Shown here piece by piece: positions 10,556 to 20,765 of a stretch of DNA of 64,000 nt. The stretch is taken from assembly GCA_027923505.1 (NCBI GenBank), contig BROI01000008.1, positions 930,001-994,000 of the forward strand, in the 5' to 3' direction. The position numbers and the translations under genes are program-made. The notes below the pieces were generated by a model. The model saw nothing but the letters and a program-made list of their open reading frames with translations, was not told the DNA's origin and did no database searches. Source of the stretch: Mayamaea pseudoterrestris. Lineage: Eukaryota. Each line of letters begins with the position of its first letter. Within the stretch, counting starts at the first letter, position 1.

Positions 10556-13177
10556 TTACTCTTGCATCATGCCATCGACATCGCAGCTCTTCAGGGCGGC
10601 CTTCAAGTTTGCCCTGAATTTGCTCCCTTTCTTGTATTTTGGGCTGGATTTCAGGACGCGGACAAAGAAGATGGTAAAACTTGCTCTTAGCGCGTCACCT
10701 TCGTCCAGCAAATCCAGTTCATCGCTAGCACTAGCAGCGTCCTTTTTGGGTTTCTTTTGAGCAACACCCATTGCAAATAATTCCGCAGCGTCTGACGGTG
10801 CTTCACAATGATCCATGACGGCAGAGAAGAAGAGTGTAGCAAAGATCATGGCCGCTTCGGGTAGCTCGTCAGGTGAGGCAAGATCAATGGCCTTGAGTAC
10901 GTTGAGCTTCAGAGTGCGGTGAACGACGACGAGCTGAAATAGTAGTTTGGCATAGTTGGCAGCCTTTCGGATCTTCATGTCGTCAAACTGCTTAAACATG
11001 TCCCAAAAGGCAAGCTGGAAGCTAAACTTGGATTGCGGTTGATACTCTGCAATCCGCGCAGCCAAATAGGCATATACCTTGTTAAATTCCTTCTCGCTTC
11101 CACAGCATTCCATCAGCACTCTGACAGTCTCGCGTTCGTTCCTTCCCTTGAGCATTCCAGCGCGAACCAACTTTTCGAACGCATCCTCGCAATCCGCTGA
11201 ACCCATGATTATACAGAAAATCGAGCGCCGAACATCTGTATTCATGCGATATTTTGCGGCAAGCTTAAGCAAGCGCGCCTGTTCTTCGTCGCTTACTTCA
11301 AAAACTGTGGTGTTCGACGCGACCTTCTCAATTTCACTTTTATCATTCTCTCCGCTTTCAGTAAACTGGTGCTGGTTACCAATCCAAGAAGCGCCAATCT
11401 TCCACCAGCGCCCCTTCGTTTCAGCATTTAAGATATCATCCAGGGAGAGACGAAGAGAAGAATCGGCTCGGATGGCTGTTTTGGCGGCGATACTCTTGAT
11501 CTGACCCAGCATTTTGCGAAGCTTGCTCGTCTTTTGGGTAAAGACCTCGTCTTGCTTGCGCTTCTTATTATTCTTAAGATCATTGATAGCCGAAACCATG
11601 TAATCGACTCGCGAATAATTTCCAATCGTTCCCTTGACTTCCAACGCCCGCTTCTGAACCAGCAGCACTATGTCCTTCAGGGATGTAGGATCGTCGGACC
11701 GCAAAGACCGTCCCGAATGACTTAACATGAGGAGAAGAAGCTCGATGTCTCGCTCACTGAAATCACTGATAAACTCCCGGATGAGATCATACAACAGCGT
11801 GCAATGAATGGCGCCAAAATTATACAAATAACACAGCATCAGCGTGAGGTTTGATGCCGACTTGTCACTAATGGGATCAGCCGGCTCATCCTTTTCTGCA
11901 CCATTGTCTGCCAATGGTGTCTGTCGTTGCTCCCATAAGATCGTGACGCACTGTTCAACCAAGTACTCGCTAAGTTGTGCCGTGTCGCCCATTAAGTAAT
12001 GTACACCCGTCACTGCCGCCATGTAGACTGGTATCAAACCGCTCATAAGCAGGTGCGGAGCTACGCATGCGTTCTGCGCGTTGCTCCACAGGCACTCATT
12101 GACAACAGAGGTTGGATTTGCGGGGTAAATCGTTTGAACGACCTCTTGACAAACTGAAACGACGTTGTCTTCGGACAATCGATTGAGAATTTGGTTCAAT
12201 GCTCGTCGAACTTGTCGAGCTGCTGCTAATTGAGCCTTGTCATCCTTGTCATTGCATTTATCGCTACTATCTTCCTGCTGTTTGCGCAAGTGGGGCGGCA
12301 CATATTTGCTTGGAGCTGATTTCGGGCCTGAGTCAAGCTTTCTCTTGCCGTAAATGTCTTCGCCTTTGCTCGGCCGATAGGTGTCCGGCACCACCTCCGC
12401 GCCAATTTCTTCTTCTTCTTCTTCCTCTTCGTCTTCTCCTTCTTCTTCGTCCTCCTCCTCGTCACTCTTATTCATATCATCCTCATCCTCATCGTCGACT
12501 GTTTCGTCCGCCGTTCGTTCCTCGGCTTCCAACTCTTCCATGACGCTGTCATCGTCGTCAAGGCCGTCGTCATCCTTCATTGGTAGCTCCTCGTCCTCGT
12601 CATCATTCACTTCATCACTAGAGCCATCAGAGTAGCTGTCTACACTTTCGTCCTCCCGCTTGCTGCCCAGCATACTGTCACCATCGGAAGCGTCGTCACA
12701 GTCGCTACCAGTGTCTCTCGCAATCCGACCAACAAGCCCATCCAAATCATCCAAAAAGTCGCCAAAATCATCTCCGTATCCTTCCAATTTTGCAAATTCC
12801 TTGCCAAGTCGTTGTTTTTGCTTCTTATTGGTCATGCCCAAGTTGCGTTCCAAGTATGCGATTTCTTCGTCGTCCCGTCGAAGGGCGGCGGCCGTGGCCG
12901 GGTCCAAATGAGCGTATGGATCATTCGACTTTGCAATTTTCGTTTCTTCCTTAACTTGGTCTTTTTTGTGCTTCTTGTTCTTGACTTCTTCTTTCTTCTT
13001 AGACTGAGACAGCCCGTCAAGTGTCGGTCGAGCGCCTGTATTTTTCGTTGGAAGGACAGGGGGAGGCTGATCATCCTCCGAGTCTCGACGCTTACGCTTC
13101 TGCCTGTCTAGTTTCCTTCTATCCTTGCGACTCTGGACATGTGTAACAATAGATTTTTGCTTGCTCTTGTTCTTCAT
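10556..13177 (-). CDS. NOM1: Nucleolar MIF4G + MA3 domain protein (NOM1/Sgd1)
   Basis: Acidic/basic N-terminus, KYVPPHLR, LNRLSEDN (MIF4G), KGRWWKIGASW and KYRMNTDVRRSIFCIIMGSADCEDAFEKL (MA3). Confidence 0.9.
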   Translation of the reverse strand: MKNKSKQKSIVTHVQSRKDRRKLDRQKRKRRDSEDDQPPPVLPTKNTGARPTLDGLSQSKKKEEVKNKKHKKDQVKEETKIAKSNDPYAHLDPATAAALRRDDEEIAYLERNLGMTNKKQKQRLGKEFAKLEGYGDDFGDFLDDLDGLVGRIARDTGSDCDDASDGDSMLGSKREDESVDSYSDGSSDEVNDDEDEELPMKDDDGLDDDDSVMEELEAEERTADETVDDEDEDDMNKSDEEEDEEEGEDEEEEEEEEIGAEVVPDTYRPSKGEDIYGKRKLDSGPKSAPSKYVPPHLRKQQEDSSDKCNDKDDKAQLAAARQVRRALNQILNRLSEDNVVSVCQEVVQTIYPANPTSVVNECLWSNAQNACVAPHLLMSGLIPVYMAAVTGVHYLMGDTAQLSEYLVEQCVTILWEQRQTPLADNGAEKDEPADPISDKSASNLTLMLCYLYNFGAIHCTLLYDLIREFISDFSERDIELLLLMLSHSGRSLRSDDPTSLKDIVLLVQKRALEVKGTIGNYSRVDYMVSAINDLKNNKKRKQDEVFTQKTSKLRKMLGQIKSIAAKTAIRADSSLRLSLDDILNAETKGRWWKIGASWIGNQHQFTESGENDKSEIEKVASNTTVFEVSDEEQARLLKLAAKYRMNTDVRRSIFCIIMGSADCEDAFEKLVRAGMLKGRNERETVRVLMECCGSEKEFNKVYAYLAARIAEYQPQSKFSFQLAFWDMFKQFDDMKIRKAANYAKLLFQLVVVHRTLKLNVLKAIDLASPDELPEAAMIFATLFFSAVMDHCEAPSDAAELFAMGVAQKKPKKDAASASDELDLLDEGDALRASFTIFFVRVLKSSPKYKKGSKFRANLKAALKSCDVDGMMQE

Positions 13178-13261
13178 CTTTCGGACTAATTAACGGGAAG
13201 TGGCAGCGAATGTTCCGTCGATTATTGTGATGAGGTCTGTTCCCTATTTTCTTGGTCCTCG

Positions 13262-14476
13262 ATGCATGACAAATCACGATGTCGCACAAGTTCTCAATAC
13301 GACCTCGTACCGGTACTAAACCATGCGACTCCAAAAATGAACGAGCAGCGTTCCAACGATCCCAAGGAGCTCCTATCACCCAGCTATCGAGCAAGCTGTT
13401 GGCATCCCACACAAATGATGCATTATGAAGAAAAGCGACAAAGTTCTAAATCGATCGGTGCCAAAGTCTGGATATTTTTGGCGATGGCCAGTCAGATGGG
13501 CGTTATTTGTTCTTCGAAATCCGACCAGACAGGATGGATTCAAGCAAAGCCCATGACGCGCACAACTTGGATGAAGTATTCTAGTCAACAGCATTCGATA
13601 ATAGAAAGTGAGGCAATTTTTGGTCTTAATGACAACGATGTCAGCCTTGACGAATCCTATCGCCTTCGCTTCACTGGCGTCGGTCGACTCTACCAGTCAT
13701 CCACACACCCATCACTCGACGAACCACTTTATCGCTTACAAAAAGCCACTGTTGCCGTCATTGGCTTGGGCGGTGTTGGTTCCTGGGCCGCGGAAGCCTT
13801 GGTCCGGAGTGGCATTGGACACATCGTCTTGATAGACCTTGACGACATTTGCGTGTCCAACACGAACCGACAACTCCACGCGCTCACGTCCACAGTTGGC
13901 CAGTTCAAGATTGATGCCATGCAGCAACGCCTGCTGCAGATTAATCCAAATGTCAACGTTACTTTGATACACGACTTTGTCAACGCTGATAATGTGCATG
14001 ACTTGCTAAATCCGCAGTGGACGGCCGTTGTGGACGCGATTGATGGAAGTCGGGGCAAGTCGGCTCTCTTGGCGGCCTGCGCCGATTTGCGGATGCCCGT
14101 TGTCACGTGCGGGGCTGCAGCCGGTCGAGTGGACCCGACACAGATTCGTGTGGGTGACTTGACAATCGTTGAAGGCGACAAGCTACTCGCGAGCTGTCGC
14201 AAGGAGCTTCGCAAGTATCATGGGTTTGCTCAAGGATATTCGTTCCGAGACAAGCAAAAACTAAACAAGAAGCCAAAACAGTTTCATATACAAACTGTAT
14301 ATTCACTGGAGGAGCAAAGAACGGCGTTGGTCCAGTCTGACACCGCTCAATCGCTTCGAGTATGTGATTCGGCCTTGGGGACGGCGTGTTTCGTGACTGG
14401 CACCTACGGTTTCGTAGCGGCTGGACGAATCATCGATATGATTGTCAACGACAAGCTTTTATCGCCTCGTCGATAG
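13262..14476 (+). CDS. tcdA: tRNA threonylcarbamoyladenosine dehydratase (TcdA/CsdL, ThiF family); true start probably downstream
   Basis: VIGLGGVGSWAAEALVRSGIG, DLDDICVSNTNRQLHA, GAAAGRVDPT, D.LLA..RKELRK, VYSLE and FVTGTYG. Confidence 0.88.
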   Translation: MHDKSRCRTSSQYDLVPVLNHATPKMNEQRSNDPKELLSPSYRASCWHPTQMMHYEEKRQSSKSIGAKVWIFLAMASQMGVICSSKSDQTGWIQAKPMTRTTWMKYSSQQHSIIESEAIFGLNDNDVSLDESYRLRFTGVGRLYQSSTHPSLDEPLYRLQKATVAVIGLGGVGSWAAEALVRSGIGHIVLIDLDDICVSNTNRQLHALTSTVGQFKIDAMQQRLLQINPNVNVTLIHDFVNADNVHDLLNPQWTAVVDAIDGSRGKSALLAACADLRMPVVTCGAAAGRVDPTQIRVGDLTIVEGDKLLASCRKELRKYHGFAQGYSFRDKQKLNKKPKQFHIQTVYSLEEQRTALVQSDTAQSLRVCDSALGTACFVTGTYGFVAAGRIIDMIVNDKLLSPRR

Positions 14477-14547
14477 CATTGTAGGGGGATAATGTAAAAT
14501 ATAATGGTGCATAGTTAAACATAACAAACTGAAAAATTATATGTCAA

Positions 14548-16929
14548 CTATGTGTAGACTTGAATCATGTCGTTCAATATGCCACACGTATTTTCACCCA
14601 TCGCGACATATGCGTAGCCATTCATACCAAAGTAGGTGGACCATTGGTTGCGAATGATCCAGTATCCAGTTCGTTGTGACTCGCCTTTGTCGTTGCTGTG
14701 ACCGCCGTCACCACTGTCCTTCTTCTCATCTTCATTACCGTCGCCGCCACTCGTCGTGAAAGCGTATCCAACCGCCTGGACGCAGTGATTTACATCCATA
14801 AATGCAGAGCTGCATCCAGAGTCTGATGTTATTATACCACCAGAGTAGTCTTGCCACAGCGAAGCGTCCACACATACGATCGCAGGTCCATAAGTCGCAA
14901 GGTTGCGAACCGCCAAGCCTTCGTTTTGTGAATCGCAGTCGCAGCCAGACCCGTCCGTGTAACAAACGCATCGATCCGTAGCATATCCGTATCCTTTAAT
15001 CTCGCTACCATATCGCTTGTAGCTGGTTCCTCCACTGCCGTCACCATCCTGCGAGTGGGAATTGCCCCCGCCGCCACCCACTGGACATATTGTGTTTCGG
15101 TAATTTTGGAGGTAATTGTCATCTGTTGCATCATCCGATTCGCCATCCAATGCCTTGGTCAATGTCAAGAGCAAGTCAGCATTATACTTGAGATCTGACT
15201 CAAGCGGCACACCATTATTATTTATTACATAGTCAATGGCATCTTGTGGCCAACCGCCGCTACACATTTGACAATCGTCGGTGCATACAATGACTTCATG
15301 TTCCGACAAGTCATTCAAGACACCCGTCGCCAGCGCCACGGCCGATTCCACAGTCTCAGTGGCTGTGATAGCCCAACAAGCCCCGCAACTGCCCTGGGAA
15401 TGAACATCGGTTACAATTCCATAGTCGCGCCAATCCCATGCAGTTGGGTAAGAGTCGGCATCGTAGGCGGGTTCCATCGTCCCTCCAAATCCGTAAACAT
15501 ACGTTTCAAAAAAGTAGCGAAGAAAACAGCTTACATCATAGATGCTGCAGTCGCGGTAGTTGGATTGTCGCTTGTTTGAATAATGAACGTTGCCATCTTT
15601 CATTGACTGCATTCTTCTTCGAACATCAGCATGTCGACTCCCGCCTTCGTGCTGACCCATGACTGGTACTGGTCGATCATCGTGCAGCTTGCGAGTTACG
15701 TTATAGGCATTCAAGTACTGCGCTTTAAACTCCTCCGACGTCAAGTCTGAAAATGACGTAACGCCAAAGACCGGCTGCCCAGTAAGTTGACAGGGTCCAT
15801 GGCGTTCATTTTTTGCCGCCGTCCTTTGGTGATTGTCGCGCCAAACGGCAAAGCGCTTGGTCATTTCTTTTCGCGTGGGATAGCTCTTGTTATGGTTTAC
15901 TGCCCAGTCCTTAAAGTCAGACCACAGCTGACGACGATTGGGCATGAGTCGCCGATGTGATTGTTTAGTTCTGGTCGGGTCTCCGCGGTGTTGATTGTGT
16001 TGCTGCAGAGCCCGATTATGATGACTATGATGAGACTGTATTGTATCTGGAGTAGATTGTAATTGCAATGGTCGAAGAATTACAGTAGCTGAATTTGGAA
16101 TTTGCACCGCGTTGTATTGCTCGTCATACCCTGCAGCCTCGTTCAAGGGATATTGCTGTTGCTGGTCCAGCTTTTGCATTTGTGCGTCATCCATGGCAAC
16201 AATTCGAACCATTGACGAGGACATGGATGATGAGTAGTCTATCATGCCATTTGTTAGTTGCGAATTATTACTGGTTTGATTGCTGGGCTGTTTCATGTGA
16301 TGAAAAACGACAACAACCGTTCCAATCGCAATCACCATGGCTGAAAGTCCAACCCAAACCTGCACGTAGCCTAGGAGACGTCGGAGCAAAATCAAGGTTG
16401 TGCGAGATGAAGCATGGTTGCTATAGTAGCCGTGCTCATATTCCATCCCTTCCAGTGGAAGTGTTCGGTGAAAGAAATTACTGCTCGGGCGTTTCTTGGT
16501 TTGGCCACCATCGTCATCATTTTGTATATTTTGACTTGATCCTCGACCGGAATCCAAGGAAATTCTTCTATGCGTCAATAGCAAGCCCGACTTTGTTTGA
16601 ATTGGTGCATTGACCTGGTAGCGAGATGCAGAATGCTGCAATTGTTGTTCCGTCTTTCCGTCTCGTTCGGGTGTCCGAGGAGGCTCGTCCTCCATTTCCA
16701 AGAATCCGGCCACACCGGGAACTGGAGCTTTCTTAACAATATCACTGAATTCTATGGTTTCTTGTTCGTCGTCCGTCTCTTCATGATCTAAAAGAGACCC
16801 TTGTTGTACAGTGTTTGAGTGCAAAACAGCGTCGTTGTATGGATCAAACGATTCGAGATTGGTGGAGTCTTGTTGGGACGAATCGTCGGCTGAATGCTGT
16901 GATAACGGATGTATAACACTACTCATCAT
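14548..16929 (-). CDS. Papain-family (C1A) cysteine protease with I29 prodomain and N-terminal membrane anchor
   Basis: QGSCGACWA (Cys), VNHCVQAVGY (His), WIIRNQW (Asn), WDWRDYG. Prodomain F..W...HNKSY..FSDLTSEEF. One TM segment at about aa 190-210. Confidence 0.92.
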   Translation of the reverse strand: MMSSVIHPLSQHSADDSSQQDSTNLESFDPYNDAVLHSNTVQQGSLLDHEETDDEQETIEFSDIVKKAPVPGVAGFLEMEDEPPRTPERDGKTEQQLQHSASRYQVNAPIQTKSGLLLTHRRISLDSGRGSSQNIQNDDDGGQTKKRPSSNFFHRTLPLEGMEYEHGYYSNHASSRTTLILLRRLLGYVQVWVGLSAMVIAIGTVVVVFHHMKQPSNQTSNNSQLTNGMIDYSSSMSSSMVRIVAMDDAQMQKLDQQQQYPLNEAAGYDEQYNAVQIPNSATVILRPLQLQSTPDTIQSHHSHHNRALQQHNQHRGDPTRTKQSHRRLMPNRRQLWSDFKDWAVNHNKSYPTRKEMTKRFAVWRDNHQRTAAKNERHGPCQLTGQPVFGVTSFSDLTSEEFKAQYLNAYNVTRKLHDDRPVPVMGQHEGGSRHADVRRRMQSMKDGNVHYSNKRQSNYRDCSIYDVSCFLRYFFETYVYGFGGTMEPAYDADSYPTAWDWRDYGIVTDVHSQGSCGACWAITATETVESAVALATGVLNDLSEHEVIVCTDDCQMCSGGWPQDAIDYVINNNGVPLESDLKYNADLLLTLTKALDGESDDATDDNYLQNYRNTICPVGGGGGNSHSQDGDGSGGTSYKRYGSEIKGYGYATDRCVCYTDGSGCDCDSQNEGLAVRNLATYGPAIVCVDASLWQDYSGGIITSDSGCSSAFMDVNHCVQAVGYAFTTSGGDGNEDEKKDSGDGGHSNDKGESQRTGYWIIRNQWSTYFGMNGYAYVAMGENTCGILNDMIQVYT

Positions 16930-17266
16930 GTAAGTTCGTCTATATCTATGCGATTGATGCTTGTATTTGTATCTGTAATGCTCCTTGTTGTTGCCATGGT
17001 CGGACCGTGGAAATTGCAATCGCTCGAGGTGGCGTTGGCAAGTTCGCTACACTTTGCGTCACAGTGAAATCGAAACCGGCGATGGAGTGCTTCAACGGAT
17101 GATGCGCGCCAGTCGGGTGATATGTAAGCGCGACTGAAAAGTGTGACTGCTTTCCATCCGACGTTCGACGAACAACTTGCATGAAGGATGGGCGAAAGAT
17201 TCGAAGGCTCACTCTTCCTGCACATTGCATGTGTTTGGCCGTGCCTTACAACTTAACTTCAGCGTC

Positions 17267-18473
17267 ATGACTTCATCCTCAACTCCCGTTGTCTTGGTGG
17301 CCGGCGGCTGCGGCTACATCGGCACGCACACTGTAGTCGTTCTGCTCCAGCAAGGTTACAATGTGGTGATTGTTGACAACTTGGTTAACTCGTCTCTCAA
17401 GGCGCTGGACGCCGTGAGTGATATTGTTGGTCTTTCTGCAGAGGAACGAAAGGAACGAATGGTGTTTCATCAGGTGGATATTTGCGACTCATCATCAATG
17501 CGCAAGGTCTTTGAGCACTCGCCGAAATTTGCGGCCTGCATTCATTTTGCTGGACTAAAGGTACGATCGATCGAAAGGAAAAGAAGATTTGTCTGGGTAA
17601 ATCGTTTCATGATGAACTGTTTATCTATTTATTGGTGTCGACTTACAATGCTGCATGTATCGATCGTTTCAGGCTGTTGGAGAAAGCACTCGCATTCCGA
17701 TTCGCTACTATGAGAACAATCTCATTAGCACGTTTGTCTTGGTGAATCTCCTTGACGAGTTCGGTTGTCATAAAATTGTCTTCTCGTCATCAGCGACTGT
17801 GTATGGGGATGTACAGAAGATGCCAATCACGGAGGAAACACCGGCGGGTGGAAGCATCACTAATGCCTACGGTCGCACCAAACACATGATTGAGGAAATT
17901 CTAAAAGACTTTTATCGCAGCAAGACGCTCGACGAAGATGGTCCGCCTACGGACTGGAGCGTGACTATTCTGCGATACTTTAATCCAGTTGGTGCGCATC
18001 CGTCGGGACTTATAGGAGAAGATCCTAATGGCATTCCCAACAATCTCATGCCCTTTGTCGGGCAAGTTGCCATCGGAAGACGTGAATTTTTGACCGTTTT
18101 CGGAGACGACTACACGACGCATGACGGAACGGGCGTTCGCGACTACTTGCACGTGGTCGATCTGGCGGAAGGACACTTGTCGGCGATTCAATACATGGAT
18201 CAAAAACAGTGTGGCATTTTTACATTCAATTTAGGGACTGGTATTGGCTACTCAGTGTTGGACATGGTCAAGGCGATGGAGAAAGCATGTGGACGAGAGA
18301 TCAAATATCAAGTGGGGCCGCGTCGACCGGGAGATATTGCGGTCTGCTACGCCGATGCCGGTCTTGCCAAACGAGAAATGAACTGGGAAGCGACGAGGGA
18401 CCTAGATGAAATGTGCCGCGACTTGTGGGCGTGGCAGACAAAGAATCCAAATGGATTCGCAAAGGAGGAGTAA
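17267..18473 (+). CDS. galE: UDP-glucose 4-epimerase (2 exons)
   Basis: GGCGYIG, HFAGLK|AVGES joined across intron 17561-17672, FSSSATVYG, YGRTK, LRYFNPVGAH and GVRDYLHV. Confidence 0.96.
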
Positions 18474-18570
18474 AGTGACGGAAGCAGAAAAGATAAGGGC
18501 TTTAATGCCATGCGGTGATTGTAATGGAGAAAATGACATAGACTATACAGCTAATTGGACTGCAATTGTA

Positions 18571-20388
18571 TCATTTATGAGTGTCGAGTGGTTGCACACT
18601 TACTTTGCCTGTATTGTCAAGATCCACGCGAATGCCCATGTCCGTCAGTGACTCACTTTGCACAGCTTCCTGTGCTTGGAGATTGGCAATGAGTGCTTGG
18701 TTTAAATCATTCCCTTCTAAAGCATTGCGAATGGCGACAAGTGCCCACTCGCGAAGTGTAAAACATGCCCATGCAAACGATGTACACGAAAGTAGAATGT
18801 GCAATACGTTTCTATGGGCAGCAGCGTCTGAATCATTCGACATCGTGGCATTTGTCACTGGTACGACGAGCGTCGTGCGGAGCAAGTCTTGATTCGGCGT
18901 GCAGTGGTACGCAAGATTTCCAAGCACGCGCACGAGACCAGTAATTGCCTGTTGCTCCTCTACGCCCATGTCCAAGTCACGACCTGATCCCTTTTTCCTC
19001 CCTCCGACACCATTGTTCCGTAGCAACAGTGCATCGACCAAAATTGCAAGCTGGCTGCCTGCGACGGACATGAATGATGACTGCTGCCCAATTAATAGAC
19101 GCATGCTTGCCACTTCGCCAGCTTCTGATCCAATGTTATCAGCTAATAATTCAACCAGCTTGCACATTATCGCAGCTCGTAGTTGTCGCTGATCATCATT
19201 TCCGATTTTGCTGCTGTCTCTTGCGTGCGTGGCAGCGTTTGTACGCGGATCATCATTTGCAAAATAACAGAACTGGTTGGCCATGAACAATAGAGATGAT
19301 GCTATCTCCGTCTCGTTCCTTCCAAAAACTCGGACTTGACTCTTTAGCAGGCACGCAAGGAAAATATTCAGTGCTGGCCGCGCAACGTATTGCTCTGCAT
19401 CTGTATTTAAGGGCGGCATGGTCCAGCCGGAGAGGTTGAAGAAAACATCTTGCAAGTGCCCCAAAGAAACAAGCTTCTCGAGCAAAAGAAGTATCCATTC
19501 ATTGACTTCCTCTTCCATATCAATTTCTATCAAGAACAGCGCTGCTGAAGGCGCGGCAACGGCAAGGGTTGCAAGTCGCAGCTCTCCAAGTATTGTCGGG
19601 AGCAGTGTGGACGATGCCAACTCCTTCGCCATCTTAGTCGGTTGCTCCGTGCCAGCGTCGCTACTATTTTCTTGGTGAGTTCCATCGTCCGCAATAATTG
19701 CATTGTGCAGAGCCGCAACAATGGGCGCCAGAGCGGAACGATTGTCATGTGCTGCGATGCAGGCGGTTTCCACGAAAGCTAGCCACATTTTATTATATGC
19801 GAAATGCTGCTTTTTCAACTGCAAATGCAGACGCTTGACATCACTTGATATGTAATCGTACAAACAGTCTGGGCCTACCGTTACTTCATAGCATGAGGTA
19901 ATTAGATTGCAGTACAGTCGAGCGGCATAGAGTCTGCATTTTGCATCGACGTTTGGATATGTCAAAACTTTCATGACGTGCTTGGTCCAAAGACGAGCCG
20001 CTTGGTTCAGCAAAGCTTGTATATTGATTTGTACTGTATTCGTCGCAGCAGTCGCTAACAAGCTCGCTGCCAGCCTCAAAGCAAGCCTTGTATCCCGTAA
20101 TGTCGCAGCAGTCACCTGGCCACCGTTAGTAGCCTCAACCCGCTGAAGGCCTGCAGCTTCCAGAGATTCTGGCGACAATGTTTGCAACTCTGAAGTATAT
20201 AGCACAAGTTGGCTGGCAATGGAAGAAAGGCATTTCTGGAACATGCTTTCGAGTGTGTCCGTTTCCACGTCGTCATCGGATTGTTCCGTCATGCTAATTG
20301 AGTCAGCTGCTGTATCACTTCGTTGCTCAATCTTTCTGTAAACATCAAGATCCTTGAGAGCCCTTGTAAAGTCAGTACTTGCTAACAT
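18571..20388 (-). CDS. Ataxin-10-domain (ARM-like) protein
   Basis: C-terminal LREWALVAIRNALEGN..NQ.LIA.L and GNLAYHC..NQD match the ataxin-10 homology motif. Start taken at first ATG. Confidence 0.75.
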   Translation of the reverse strand: MLASTDFTRALKDLDVYRKIEQRSDTAADSISMTEQSDDDVETDTLESMFQKCLSSIASQLVLYTSELQTLSPESLEAAGLQRVEATNGGQVTAATLRDTRLALRLAASLLATAATNTVQINIQALLNQAARLWTKHVMKVLTYPNVDAKCRLYAARLYCNLITSCYEVTVGPDCLYDYISSDVKRLHLQLKKQHFAYNKMWLAFVETACIAAHDNRSALAPIVAALHNAIIADDGTHQENSSDAGTEQPTKMAKELASSTLLPTILGELRLATLAVAAPSAALFLIEIDMEEEVNEWILLLLEKLVSLGHLQDVFFNLSGWTMPPLNTDAEQYVARPALNIFLACLLKSQVRVFGRNETEIASSLLFMANQFCYFANDDPRTNAATHARDSSKIGNDDQRQLRAAIMCKLVELLADNIGSEAGEVASMRLLIGQQSSFMSVAGSQLAILVDALLLRNNGVGGRKKGSGRDLDMGVEEQQAITGLVRVLGNLAYHCTPNQDLLRTTLVVPVTNATMSNDSDAAAHRNVLHILLSCTSFAWACFTLREWALVAIRNALEGNDLNQALIANLQAQEAVQSESLTDMGIRVDLDNTGKVSVQPLDTHK

Positions 20389-20765
20389 ATTGGAACTGGC
20401 TTTTAGGATGATTGACTGTCCCTTCGACTTTGTCAATAAAAGCCGTCGTTTGGATGCATTTTGCGTTGCATCATTAGTTTGCAATCGTGTCTTACCGGCT
20501 TTCAAGTCTTGTTGACCGTGCCTCAAGCTTGGCCGGCTCGCTCAAGCCTGCCGGGCGGCTGCGATTTACGATTTCCGTGCAAGATCATCGGCGGCCAATG
20601 CAAGCGGTCAGTCGTTTACATCAAAAGTTTCGGCTAACGACCATGACAATAAGTGCAGTACGGAAGGAGCCCGAGAATTGTTGATTGCGAGAAACTGCTG
20701 ACTTGAGATATTCATCCTAAGTCTGTGGTCAGTCCATTAATTTGTACTCGGGTGTTTTATCCAGA

